A DNA stretch of 64,000 nucleotides from positions 6,262,001-6,326,000 of the forward strand of contig NC_134025.1 of the NCBI RefSeq assembly GCF_964204645.1, written 5' to 3'. Position 1 is the first letter of the stretch, and each line of letters opens with the position of its first letter. The stretch comes from Tubulanus polymorphus (Eukaryota; Animalia; Nemertea). The notes under the pieces were generated by a model, which had not been told where the DNA came from, searched no databases, and saw only the letters and a program-made list of their open reading frames with translations. Of the stretch, positions 52,001-61,706 are shown one piece after another. Both the position numbers and the translations under genes were made by a program.

Positions 52001-53821
52001 TCTTCCATTCACTCATTATAGGGGCAGATCCAGGAATTATCTAAAACTAACACCTGTTGTCTCTCTAAGGTGAATTCTTCTTTCGGAATGCTTTCTTTTC
52101 AATTTTTCTTCTGGCTTTCAATGTATTTTCATAAATCTTTGGTCTTACGATTCTGAGTGTCTTTCATGAAGTTTGATAATAACTTAACATTACATTGAAA
52201 GTGCTGGCCTATCCTCTATAGCTTACGTCTGGATCTGCCCATGCAGTTGTTGAAAGCACTAATTAGAGACAATCCAGAGGAATTCAAATTTCAAGCATTA
52301 TCCATTACTAGAGTAACATATCACCTGCATGTTTGAAGGTGGTGGATCAATCACACGTATCATTACAACCAGGCACTTCATCTTAGTTCTAACATTCACC
52401 GAGCACATAAATTAACAGTACATGTACATTATTGTGATTTTCTTTTGTGTAAAATCTATTTGTTCACATTTAAACTACCTGATAACACAGAGAAGATTTC
52501 TGAGCTGCATCTCTTCACTCTGTTTTCAGCCAATTGACTTGAATATTGGTGAGCTCCAGATGTATGGTATAGTTGAATGGCTGAACGTTTCTAAAGATCT
52601 TGGCAAAATTAAGAAAGGCCAAGACCTTGTTACCTCCTGTTTCGTTTTCAAGACAGGTGTTGTTCTCTTGTGCAAAGAACGTATAAAACAAAAGAAGAAG
52701 TCAAAGGTAAGCAGTGGTTTTCGTACAAGCAAATCAATCTCATAAAATTGTCAAATGTTGAGAAATTGTAATGCTAACCATACATTTTTACAATCTAGCA
52801 ATCTGTGAGTTCCAGTAAAGTACCGACTCCTGAAATAATGGAATTTGTCCGATTTCAAACTCTCATTCCCGTACAAGAAGTGCAAGTTCGCAGTAGTACA
52901 CATGATGTAGGGAATGTCTATTGGTGGGAACTTATACATTTGAGATCTGGTGTTGAAGGAAGACCTGAGAAAGTATACCAGTTGGCAAACAGGTAGGAAA
53001 TTTGAATGTAATGATTTGTGTTAGAGATCACTTCTTTATTTGATTTTCTCGGTGATATGGTGGTGGTTTTTCATTTTAGTACCCCAGAAGCAAAGAATGA
53101 CTTCATGAGAACAATACGACAGATCATCAGAGAAAGTGTGCGAAAAATGACTATTCCTCCAAATCGGCCATCGTTGAAGATGGGTTACATGACATTGGAG
53201 GGAAAACGGTGCGAACATCATCAAAATCGTGGCAATACTAACTCAAATAAAAATCCACGTGCCGTAGCTAAACAACGGACTAGCAGCATGGAACGACATT
53301 CCATGGGTTTTGATGAAGCTTTCGATCTGAGTAGTTTTGATGTTGATTTTCGATCTCGTAGTAAAACGGTTAGCAATTTGATAAATATGGATCCGGGAGT
53401 TGATTTAAAGGATACGGTGTCAGAGGATCCGAGTGACATCACTGCATCAACTCTGTCTGCAATTAGCACTACTTCATCAACATCATTTGTAAGTAACACT
53501 ACGGATCGTGGGAGCGCCGCTAAGCTTCTTTTTGCTAGCAACAACCCTTTGACGTACTCTTCTCATAGTTCTATAAGCGCTGGTACTGATTCATTAAGCT
53601 CGCCGATCTGGAAACCGCGCCAACAACCTGTTGGACGGTTAGGATCTGGAAAAGGTGGAGGACACTTAGCTCCCTCTTCAGGAATACAGGAGAAGCATCC
53701 AGAATTGTATTCTTCACCTTATGGAGACTATACGGGTGTGATCATAAATGACCATGAGAATTTTATAACGCCAGCTGCAAGTACTGCGTTTCTAGATAAA
53801 ACTGATGATACTGAATGCTAG
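21193..53821 (+). CDS. sif: Still life / TIAM1-like Rac guanine nucleotide exchange factor, WH1-containing (type 1-like) isoform; 25 coding exons, ~1807 aa
   Basis: All junctions are GT-AG with consistent phases; the exons sum to 5424 nt. Recognisable segments: [21 protein letters not shown] (fly SIF starts MGNKLSCSCAPL), WH1 (LWAEVF...[15 protein letters not shown]...[11 protein letters not shown]), PH (GAIRKAGWL...[10 protein letters not shown]), CC-Ex, RBD, PDZ, DH ([19 protein letters not shown]...[19 protein letters not shown]) and a second PH. Confidence 0.95.
21980..22227. mobile_element. MITE, PIF/Harbinger-like termini (copy 2, inverted)
   Basis: AGCCGCGATCA...TGTGATCACGGCT; shares GCCTAATTAGAGAGTG and CAGAACCAGTT-CAATTCACATGC with the reverse complement of copy 1. 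Confidence 0.7.
23319..23353 (+). CDS. sif: candidate alternative first coding exon of sif ([12 protein letters not shown])
   Basis: Consensus donor G|GTAAGT at 23354; ATG 23319 ends in phase 2, matching exon 25183; Inr-like ATCAGTT near 23136. Confidence 0.4.
25183..25364 (+). CDS. sif: sif exon, WH1/EVH1 first half
   Basis: [61 protein letters not shown]; AG/GTAAGT borders. Confidence 0.93.
27401..29006 (+). CDS. sif: large alternative first coding exon of sif (~535 aa, Ser/Pro/Arg-rich, MGSTVS start)
   Basis: CpG-rich open frame inside ORF 27389..29215. ATG at 27401; donor AAGG|GTGAGA at 29007 in phase 1, matching the acceptor at 36122. The sequence becomes AT-rich right after the donor. 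Confidence 0.75.
29803..29875 (+). mobile_element. tRNA-derived SINE head relic
   Basis: Degenerate A-box-like TGGTCTATAG..., then GACCCCGGGTTTGATCCCC (B-box-like); no intact cloverleaf. Confidence 0.45.
30332..30652. repeat. foldback / MITE relic with a perfect 28-bp inverted repeat
   Basis: TAATGAAAACAAACTAGATGAGAATTTG at 30353-80 and its exact reverse complement at 30609-36; outer ATGAAGTGAAAACC / GGTTTTTACTTCAT. Confidence 0.7.
34107..34155. repeat. (CT)n microsatellite / GAGA-type tract
   Basis: Read directly; followed by ATCAGTG and a GTAAGT donor at 34301. Confidence 0.9.
36122..36243 (+). CDS. sif: sif exon, WH1/EVH1 second half
   Basis: [41 protein letters not shown]; not in the ORF track, read directly. 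Confidence 0.93.
37430..37501 (+). CDS. sif: sif exon after WH1
   Basis: [24 protein letters not shown], resembling the SIF RKASSSYSLKL segment; phase 0/0. Confidence 0.82.
37571..37784. mobile_element. palindromic MITE relic
   Basis: TTGAATAGGGGTTAAATCCT / AGGATTTAACCCTGTTTAA. Confidence 0.45.
39183..40470 (+). CDS. sif: sif large low-complexity exon
   Basis: Acceptor ttccttccag; [14 protein letters not shown]... in frame with ORF 39468..40478; donor GTAAGT at 40471. Confidence 0.9.
41311..41411 (+). CDS. sif: sif exon (Ser-rich linker)
   Basis: [34 protein letters not shown]; phase 1 in, 0 out, needed to bridge the flanking exons. Confidence 0.8.
42165..42268 (+). CDS. sif: sif exon, start of N-terminal PH domain
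   Basis: [13 protein letters not shown]...[10 protein letters not shown]; donor GTAAGA. Confidence 0.9.
43126..44882. mobile_element. non-autonomous DNA transposon / foldback element with 576-bp terminal inverted repeats
   Basis: 43126-43701 is the reverse complement of 44307-44882, with about 6 mismatches counted by eye; 605-bp spacer; flanked by TA at 43124-25 and 44883-84 (probable TSD). Confidence 0.9.
45058..45227 (+). CDS. sif: sif exon, PH domain
   Basis: [38 protein letters not shown]... Confidence 0.95.
45315..45412 (+). CDS. sif: sif exon, PH domain
   Basis: [32 protein letters not shown]. Confidence 0.93.
45514..45657 (+). CDS. sif: sif exon, PH end / coiled coil
   Basis: [48 protein letters not shown]. 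Confidence 0.93.
45977..46159 (+). CDS. sif: sif exon, CC-Ex
   Basis: [12 protein letters not shown]...[19 protein letters not shown]. Confidence 0.95.
46286..46512 (+). CDS. sif: sif exon, Ex region
   Basis: [32 protein letters not shown]... Confidence 0.92.
46630..46729 (+). CDS. sif: sif exon, linker / RBD start
   Basis: [33 protein letters not shown]; phases fit both neighbours. Confidence 0.85.
46807..46968 (+). CDS. sif: sif exon, Ras-binding domain
   Basis: [35 protein letters not shown]... Confidence 0.88.
47052..47232 (+). CDS. sif: sif exon, PDZ first part
   Basis: [34 protein letters not shown]...[15 protein letters not shown]. Confidence 0.9.
47322..47585 (+). CDS. sif: sif exon, PDZ second part
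   Basis: [30 protein letters not shown]...LVCPPPPT...LIVPAPQW. Confidence 0.92.
48151..48236 (+). CDS. sif: sif exon, linker
   Basis: [28 protein letters not shown]; phase 1 in, 0 out. Confidence 0.82.
48317..48445 (+). CDS. sif: sif exon, DH start
   Basis: ...[23 protein letters not shown]. Confidence 0.93.
48525..48719 (+). CDS. sif: sif exon, DH
   Basis: [48 protein letters not shown]... Confidence 0.95.
48972..49048. repeat. (TA)n microsatellite, ~38 units
   Basis: Read directly. Confidence 0.95.
51072..51180 (+). CDS. sif: sif exon, DH
   Basis: [36 protein letters not shown]. Confidence 0.95.
51261..51437 (+). CDS. sif: sif exon, DH
   Basis: ...[36 protein letters not shown]... Confidence 0.95.
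51526..51650 (+). CDS. sif: sif exon, DH end
   Basis: [27 protein letters not shown]...HPNRV. Confidence 0.94.
51812..51835 (+). CDS. sif: candidate 24-nt cassette microexon of sif (YTWYPRTE)
   Basis: AG at 51810-11 after a ~130-nt AG-free pyrimidine-rich tract; GTAAGA at 51836; frame-preserving in a phase-0 intron. Confidence 0.45.
52019..52243. mobile_element. hAT-like MITE relic
   Basis: TAGGGGCAGATCCAGG / CTGGATCTGCCCATG; related ends at ~26754 (TAGGGGAGGATCCA) and ~2492-2508 (CCCTGGATCAACCACTG). No TSD recognisable. Confidence 0.5.
52530..52706 (+). CDS. sif: sif exon, C-terminal PH
   Basis: [19 protein letters not shown]...[23 protein letters not shown]. Confidence 0.93.
52799..52992 (+). 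CDS. sif: sif exon, C-terminal PH
   Basis: ...[16 protein letters not shown]...[22 protein letters not shown]. Confidence 0.93.
53080..53821 (+). CDS. sif: sif terminal coding exon
   Basis: [22 protein letters not shown]...KTDDTEC*; stop TAG at 53819-21. Confidence 0.92.
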
Positions 53822-56800
53822 ATGATATTTCTGATTAGTGATTATGTTTTTGACGAAAAAAACTTTGGTTCTGATATTGACATAAGTACAGGTACTTAAA
53901 ATATCAGAGTTCAAGAATGCATGAGAATGCGTACTTCTTGTTCGCCTGTTCATTGCTCTTTCTCATCACCATTTGGTTTTAGTATCTGCTTCATTCTATC
54001 ATAGATAGAGTCTGGTATTCATTTGATAGACGATCATCTTATCAATGTTTTTTATGGCATAATTTTATGATTCTTCACACATACCACTTGCATATTGTTC
54101 CATTGTATATAGAAAATTATTCCCACTGTACAAAATGTATGTATGAATGTATGTATGTTTAATTGTATGTAATAATTGTATATGATTCAGTTGTTATGGT
54201 GAGTGGATCAAAACGGGTTCCCGTAGATTTTGTTGTCCGGCCATCATCTAGTCATAAATTAACACATGTAATCAGGTAGGTCTCTTCCACCTTCCTGAAA
54301 ATCTTGAATGAGAAATGACTCATTGGTAGGGCAGGATGAAACATTGCCTCTAAGTAGGGTTAAGAATCTCGATTTGAATACCTTTTTATATACCAGTACT
54401 GCAAAGCTTGGAGTAACTTTCCCATTTCCAAGCGAATAAATTTTCTTATACATCTTCTATATGCATTTTAGTAATAATCACATGTAAACGATGTCTCTTA
54501 TATAGATCATATAGCCAGAACTCTGAATGGTCAGTTTCCAAAATAAAATCTCGTGAATCATTAAAACCAACTTGTGTAAACATTTTGGAATTGTGACAGA
54601 AAATTGCTCTTAAAAATGTTGGATGATGCCTGGGGAATATCGCAATTCAGAATTGCCAAATCTATTTCATTCTTCTTGGTGCTAGTAATCAACAGCTAGC
54701 ATGTAAAAAAAAAATCTGTCATCAATGTGTTGACTTTTCCATTTACATAACTCACGGAGATACACAGTATCTACTTTGGTTGGAGTAAAATGATCTTGGT
54801 CTTGATCTTCCGGTGTATGTATCACTACCACTTACATCATGCACTTATTCTAATTTCTTCCTTCAATTGATATTGTCATATTGTACATGTTTGAGTCATC
54901 TTCTGTGTAGTTAACAATTGTTTTGTACACATTTTGTACAGTATAAAGAACTATTGTGATAATGATAATAATAAGTAGAGAACAACATCAATAAATACAT
55001 TGTATGATGATAATATCAAGCAGATAATTGCATTTAGATAACAACAGAACATTGTATCTTGGATTTATTGCATATGTAGATGTACATGTTCACACCACTA
55101 GTTATTCTATCATTCTTTTTTTCAATCTTTAAAATGAAAAACCCAATCTAATTTCAAATGATAATTGAACTGTAAGGGACCAGTTACTGCGGGTCCATCC
55201 ATTTGTTATGCCCTTGTTACTAAAAGAATAATTTGTTCCTGCATAGTGTTTGTATAAGGAATGTGTATGGAGATGGAACAAATATAGAAATTCAAGGAAA
55301 TTGTGCTCCTGTAATAAATGGATGACTTAACATTATTATTGTACAACCTGAGAACAAACAACCTTGAACTAGGATGAATTTCAATGAATTTATTATGCCT
55401 TGTTTGGTTTTGAGAAACTTTTTAATTAGTTCTTCAGATTTTCGATTGAATCTTGCACAAAAAATTTAAGACTTGACTGTTATGAGTTATATGAATCTCT
55501 GATATAGTAGTTGTGATGATTGAAGTTAGTTAAATTGTTTCTTTGTTCAAACTTATTTTCTTTGCTGAGAATGTTAATTTATTTCCATTGTTGTTGTTGT
55601 TATTGTTGCTTTTGTTTTTATATCCTCGTGTATATTTTTGTAGACTATCAGTACGGTATGATATACATTGTAAATTGCCAAGATGAAGTAATAAAATATG
55701 GTGCAAATTATGACCTGTTATGATGAATTGGTATTCTTGTGCGTCTGATTCAGAGGCAAGTTGTTTGGGTCTCACTGATCTTTAATGAGACCTAAAAGGG
55801 TAAGAAACCAAAGGACCCCAAAAATCACAAGCGCATAAAATGGTAAAGATCATAAAATGGTTAATTTGATCGGAGAATAGAAAACAGACCCCATGATTCA
55901 CCTTAAGAGTACTGGGTTGCTGCAGGAAATTCCAATCGATAATACGAGATTCCTGGTCCCAGCATCTCCATTCCAATAGACGTGGAGCTAGTATTCAGTG
56001 CCAAAATCAACATCCAAACATCCTTCTTAAAGGAATGTGAGCAAGATAACAAGCAGATATTCTCTCATAGTTTGTATTTTTGTAAAGATCATTTAGGTAT
56101 AAACATTACAATAACGGGCAACAATTTACATCTAAAATTAAATGAAATTCAACAATATATTTTTTAGCTTCATTTACAAGCAAACTTGATTCAAACAATA
56201 AAGAGGTGAGATAAGTGGTTGCAAGTTGAACCCCCAGCAATATCATTATTACAAAGCATTATGTCATACATGTATTATATTTTAGACAACACTGGTTTAA
56301 GGTAACAGAATTCTGGAAAAAACTAAAGACTTCTCTTAGCTGAAAGTTGTTTTTTGATAACCGGTATTATGCAATAGGCAAGCGGTAAGAGTAAAGAATA
56401 AACATTTAATGTCTAATGACACTGTTCATAATGATAAAGACAGCTGTGTTATCACAGAAAAATGTGCTGACTTTGATGTTAATACAAAAATCATATGATT
56501 TTTTATATTAAAGACATTGAAGATTAGCAAAAAGTCTATCAGACATTTGGACAAAAAGAATTGCAATGCTACATGTGCGCAATGCTGATTTCAAATAATC
56601 AAATGAAATAAAAATAAAGTTTTTACTCTCTTTTTTCATACATGCACACGAACACACACATAAAGGATTGACTATGAATAGGCAATTATTTACAAGGTTA
56701 TTCACATCCATCATGGACTCTTAATCCATGCATCGATCAACTGTTTTGTTGAACAAATTCAATATGAACATTTCGTATATAATCATAATCTTTATGTTTA

Positions 56801-57101
56801 CACACTTAACTTCATCTTCTTAGAAAAAAATATGAATCAATAAACAAATTCAAACATACATGAAGTTTGACCTCTATATAAGCTTTCATCAAAAATTGCA
56901 ATTCCATGGATATCAATGAGACCTCAATAAACACTTGTTCTTTAATCGATAATTTTTAAAGGCACGAAAACTTAATATCTAATATCTTTACAGGTCCTGT
57001 GTACGCATTCACTCAACTACACAAATTCCCAAAATATTTGTATCTGATATTAATAGACTGTCATCAATCAAATACACGATTTTTATCCACATGACTAGAA
57101 G

Positions 57102-57284
57102 CTAACTAGGTCGACACGGAGGACCCTCTGATCGGGAATCCTCATCATCGTCATCCATTATACCGGTAATTCGATATCCCATATTCATCAACATCACCTC
57201 TAACGGATCTGCATTCATACGACGCTGATTCGCCGATGCTGCATCATCAGAATTATCAATAGCGCGCTCTTCTACATGCCCATC
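57102..57284 (-). CDS. WDTC1: WDTC1 terminal exon
   Basis: DGHVEER...ANQRRMNADPLEVMLMNMGYRITG...CRPS*. Confidence 0.95.
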   Translation of the reverse strand, partial: DGHVEERAIDNSDDAASANQRRMNADPLEVMLMNMGYRITGIMDDDDEDSRSEGPPCRPS

Positions 57285-60200
57285 CTGCAAAATAAAAACG
57301 AATTGATCATTTATCAAGTTTCAAACCAGATATAGATCTAAATTGACATTTATAAATTCTACCTCTTGTCTAGGACTCCACAATCTGACAACGGGATCAA
57401 TACCACTAGTGGCTAGGAGACAGTTCGACTGGTGAGGTTGAAGACAATTAACAATAGAGTCGTCACCTCGTAATACTCTAACGATATTAGTAGTTTGTTT
57501 CTCCCAAATAAAGAATGAGCCATCGTCTGAACCAGCTACAATATACTGCCCTTTACTGAAATTGAAACATATCGGCATATATTCTTATCATTTCAAGCAT
57601 TAGCCACTTCAAAATCACTAGAGTCATTAGACTCACCTTCCGAAGAAATTGGCTTCTTTAATATCAGTGGTAGTGTTACAATGTCCGCAGAATCTCTGCT
57701 CATAGTCGAATGCCTTGGATCTCCAGACTTTCTCTTGTTCCGATGTTTTCCACGCTTGAGAATACGCAGATGCATCACCCCTCGAATTGGTGTCATCTGA
57801 AAGTGTGAATAAGTGTTAATTTTCGATGTATTGCCGGGGTTGAAGGATGCACTAACTTGACTAACTAACCCTCTTCAGATTTAGCAAATATAGCAGCTCG
57901 AATGTCTTTATCTAAAGTTTCACAAACGCTGTTACTAGCGTAGTCCGGAAAGCGTCTTTTGAAATATCGCAGGCAATCAGCAGCTTCTTGAGTCCATTGC
58001 AACTCAAACAAACATCGTGCCAAACGGAAATGAGCTTTCAGATGATTTCTATCCATTCTGATAGCGATATAACAATCCCTCAATGCAGCATATAAATCAC
58101 CATCCCTATAAATACAGTAGACAATGAAACCAGTTTAGTCTAGTGGCACGTCCAACGAACACGACTGCCTTAGTAAATATCTTCAATTGCCTGGTTTGAT
58201 TCAGTGATAATTCATAAATGAAGTCATACATACCAGCCACGTTTCATGTAAGCAGCAGCTCTATTGCCGTGAAGTATTGCCGAGTCGGGTGCCAGTGCTA
58301 TGGCTTGGTTATATAAAATTATAGCTTGCGTATATTGCTGTTTCTCAAAAACCTGATTAGCCCGTTGTTTTATAGCTTCGACATGTGGTAATAAAGGTTT
58401 GGAATTCACCTTCCAGATGCTGTTCAGAGAAAGAGAGAGAGAGAAAGAGAAAAGATTACAACACATTTGTAATCATAAGAATTATTGAACCCATTCTAAC
58501 CCCCTCAGGAAACCGTGGAAGTCACCTTTTGCTTGAATTCTTGTTTTCTTCTTCGTGTTGTAAACTAGCGACAGCAGCTGTTAAACTCTTAGCCACACCA
58601 TTAGTTACACCATTCGTAGTTCCATTCATTGTCGTACCATTTCGATGACTGTAACCATTACCATTCTCTGTACATATACGGATTTAAGTCTCATGACTAA
58701 GGCATAAAAGACTGTAATTTACAATCAGGAATGATTAAGATGGGAAATTAACTTAATTTACCTCGAGATAAACCTTCTAAACTAGCTAGGTCGTATTTCA
58801 GTGGTAACAGACGTTTATTGATATCAAATAAATAAATCTGTTCTCCACCAAGATTCACTAACAATTCATTACCATCTGGACTAAATGTTACATAAGTTGA
58901 CGCTAATGTTCGATATCGCCTGCGATAATCCGTCTGTTTCTGGGGTAAATGACCTAAAATCAGGATAGATTAGCTGTATGGTATTATCTCCCAGTACCAG
59001 TATGTAAATGTCACAACACAAATTCTCTTCAAATAATATCCATTATTAATAATCTCCATTATTCTTAAACATGCAAACTTATCATGCTACAAATTTGCTA
59101 TAGGATCTGCCCTTGTCATGATAATCAATACCTGCGACGTAATAGTTCACAGCTTCATCGGGCAATTTGAAGTCATCGCAGTCAGAAAAAAATGCAATCA
59201 GGTTCTGACGCTCCCAAGGTGATCTGAAATGTTCAATATCCATTTTGAGTTTTCTACCAATACAGACCTAGACCTACTACTAAAAACAATATCGGGAATT
59301 TGTAAGACTTATACCTGTTACCATCATTAGGAAATTTCATACTTTTACATGACAACATACGTCTGTCATACAAGCGTATATAAGGATCGTTAGCTCCAAC
59401 TGCTAATTGTTCTGTACGCAATGGATTTATAGCTACACATTTAGCCTCGGCGTGTACACCCATATGAGCATTTAAATTCACCAGAACATTCTCTGGATTT
59501 GGACCACATGTCTCCGGGCACCGCAGATCAAACTGCCTGCAAATATTATTATCATTATTCTATCATCATTTTCATTATATAAAATTTATGTAGCGCTCAA
59601 TGTTAAATGGCCCTAAAGCGCTTGACATATACAAAAGATACACAGTAAAATAAAACATCCTACAAAACATTCAAAACATGGAAAATTCAGTTAAAATATA
59701 GAGAAACAGATGCCACACACTTTATCAAATGAATACCTAATAAATGACTCACTAGTCTATTATACATATTTACACTTACATGATGGTCCCATCTTCGGAT
59801 GCGCTCCAGAACATGAATGGAACATTAGGAGCTGTAGCCAGACGCTTCACTCTTCCGCCATGACATGAAAAAACTTGCGTTAGCTCTTTAGTCGAGACAT
59901 CGTGAACTAGTATTTTATTATCAGCTGCCCCACTGACTAGTATATTATCATTGGAATTCGGTAGAAACTGGAAGCGAAGAAAGCTTTTCAATTGAAAAAC
60001 CAAAATCTTTAGTCCAGCTTCCATTGGTGCCACGAAATAACTTACTTTGACTGAGAATATATTGCCTTGATGAACTGTAGGAATGGAAATAAGACGTTTA
60101 TGTCTGAATGGATCCCATATGATAACATTGACATCATCTGAACCACTTGCTAATAGTCTGAAAGAATTTTACAATTTGAAATTAATCTATATCCAGTCGA

Positions 60201-60808
60201 TGTTTTGGCACATGTACATTTCTTTAATAGGATAAATCATACAGTAGACTCCTTTATAAATTTTCGAATTTATTAACATCGACAAACAGTAGGGGCAGAA
60301 AAAGTTTTTATCATTCTACTAGTTTGAGTGGATTACAGAATGGACCGGTACTGCCATAGGCAGAGTCTTATGTAGTATCATTTGATCTCAGCATAGGCCT
60401 ATATATAACTTTGAGTTGGTTTATCATCAATTAATTTGATCAAAAGTAGTCAATCAAACTTACGTTCCCTTTTCGTTCCATTCCAAACAATTAACGCAGC
60501 CTTTATGACCCTACAAAGCAAGAGCGAAACTCTAAAAACACGTCCATTCATTACAAGAGAATGGGTTCTAATTCAACAACACTTACCTCAAGTTCGGCTT
60601 CGAGACCAATTCTTCGTACCAGGTCCGGTGTAACATGGTTATCCCTTTGAAATCCTATGCTCACAAAATCCTGCAAAATATTAACACATGTTATTCCATA
60701 TAAGATTCAAAATCCCACTACGATATGCACCTATCATACTATCAGGTTTTTTACTTTGCCAGACTTTCTTTCATCCAGGCGTTTGGTGATATTTGTGAAG
60801 AGTGTCAT
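57102..60808 (-). CDS. WDTC1: WD and tetratricopeptide repeats protein 1 (WDTC1/adipose, DCAF9); 14 coding exons, ~696 aa
   Basis: The exons sum to 2091 nt with consistent phases. Motifs: GLEAELEGHKGCVNCLEWNEKG, LLASGSDD, RVKRLATAPNVPFMFWSASEDG, TYVTFSPDGNELLVNLGGEQIYLFD, TPR (GNRAAAYMKRGWDGDLYAALRDC, KAHFRLARCL), GHCNTTTDIKEANFFG, ANQRRMNADPLEVMLMNMGYR, C-terminal CRPS. Confidence 0.97.
57363..57555 (-). CDS. WDTC1: WDTC1 exon
   Basis: KGQYIVAGSDDGSFFIWEK...LLATSGIDPVVRLWSPRQE. Confidence 0.95.
57637..57796 (-). CDS. WDTC1: WDTC1 exon
   Basis: ...SEQEKVWRSKAFDYEQRFCGHCNTTTDIKEANFFG. Confidence 0.94.
57870..58105 (-). CDS. WDTC1: WDTC1 exon, TPR
   Basis: DGDLYAALRDCYIAIRMDRNHLKAHFRLARCLFEL... 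Confidence 0.94.
58234..58419 (-). CDS. WDTC1: WDTC1 exon, TPR
   Basis: LLPHVEAIKQRANQVFEKQQYTQAIILYNQAI...GNRAAAYMKRG. Confidence 0.93.
58526..58667 (-). CDS. WDTC1: WDTC1 exon (NG-rich linker)
   Basis: ENGNGYSHRNGTTMNGTTNGVTNGVAK...; phases fit. Confidence 0.85.
58762..58953 (-). CDS. WDTC1: WDTC1 exon
   Basis: GHLPQKQTDYRRRYRTLASTYVTFSPDGNELLVNLGGEQIYLFDI. Confidence 0.94.
59132..59223 (-). CDS. WDTC1: WDTC1 exon
   Basis: SPWERQ...LPDEAVNYYVA. Confidence 0.88.
59315..59536 (-). CDS. WDTC1: WDTC1 exon
   Basis: QFDLR...EAKCVAINP...LAVGANDPYIRLYDRRM. Confidence 0.94.
59780..59967 (-). CDS. WDTC1: WDTC1 exon
   Basis: FLPNSNDNILVSGAADNK...FWSASEDGTI. Confidence 0.94.
60046..60157 (-). CDS. 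WDTC1: WDTC1 exon
   Basis: LLASGSDDVNVIIWDPFRHKRLISIPTVHQGNIFSVK. Confidence 0.94.
60464..60510 (-). CDS. WDTC1: WDTC1 exon
   Basis: GHKGCVNCLEWNEKG. Confidence 0.93.
60587..60670 (-). CDS. WDTC1: WDTC1 exon
   Basis: DFVSIGFQRDNHVTPDLVRRIGLEAELE. Confidence 0.92.
60755..60808 (-). CDS. WDTC1: WDTC1 coding exon 1
   Basis: MTLFTNITKRLDERKSGK; the exon opens at an acceptor at 60901, so a 5'UTR exon lies further upstream. Confidence 0.75.
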
Positions 60809-60988
60809 TTCTCCTGTATCGATCGGTAAGTAATGTGAATGAAGATAGCTTTCTCAAAAACATGCGGCGTCAGGGGAAGCTCAGGTCGTCACATCATTCC
60901 ACTAAAATAGAACATTACTGAGAGGCACCACTTAATAATACATTTACAGTACACCACCACCACAACAACAGTAAATTGAAGTATGAAT

Positions 60989-61706
60989 GCAAAAACCGTA
61001 AAGTTTCCCAAGTCTCCATTTCTACCTTACGCATGCGCATTAGTCAGTGCTGTGAATTGCTCGAGAAATCGGCACATTGCGCATGCGGCACTACATGTGA
61101 ACTTTAATGACTAATAGTCGCTGTAGTTTCCATTAGGTTCGAATCCCGTAAAAATATTGATCTTATTTACGCTGTTCATCCTAAAAGTGGCGCTATCAGG
61201 TTCGAAACCAAAAAATTACTGATCGTATTTCAAGCGTTACGACATGAACTTTGATGATCAAAGTGTCGCTGGGTTATTGTTTGCCGAGTAAAAAAGTTAC
61301 AGCATCCCGAATATGAAATAATGAACTCTGATAGCCCCAGGATTTACTTTTAAGTGCTATTAGGTTCGAATCCCAAATGTGTAGTAGAAAATACATTCAT
61401 CCTGTTTAATATACCAATATATATCTTAGATTTTCAGCTTATGGCAAGACCACTTGAACACCTGTCATCCCCGAAAATACAATGATCCTCTTAAGTGACC
61501 AAACAAACTGCACCTTCCCGCTGCGCAAAAGTTCACGCAGGTTCATTCCGTTATAGTTTCAGCGTTCTGACATGACCCAGTTTAGGAAAAAATACAAATG
61601 TAGCGACGCATGCGCACGCGACCAATTTCTGGACTTAAAGGATTTCCCCAACACTTACCAATGCGCATGCGTTATAAACTGAGACTTGGGAAACTACGGT
61701 TTTTGC
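60989..61706. mobile_element. Mutator-like MITE in the WDTC1 5' intron
   Basis: TIRs GCAAAAACCGTA(AA)GTTTCCCAAGTCTC / GAGACTTGGGAAACTACGGTTTTTGC; 9-bp direct repeat AGTATGAAT at 60980-88 and 61707-15. Confidence 0.85.

Noticed and set aside
58526-58667. NG-repeat segment in WDTC1 as a lineage-specific insertion
   Set aside because: As I recall, vertebrate WDTC1 has a similar NGVSNG-type linker between the WD40 repeats and the TPRs, so it is probably not novel.
61130-61380. tRNA genes at the GGTTCGAATCC motifs (also at 29803-29875)
   Set aside because: No acceptor or anticodon stems; only B-box-like remnants inside repeats.
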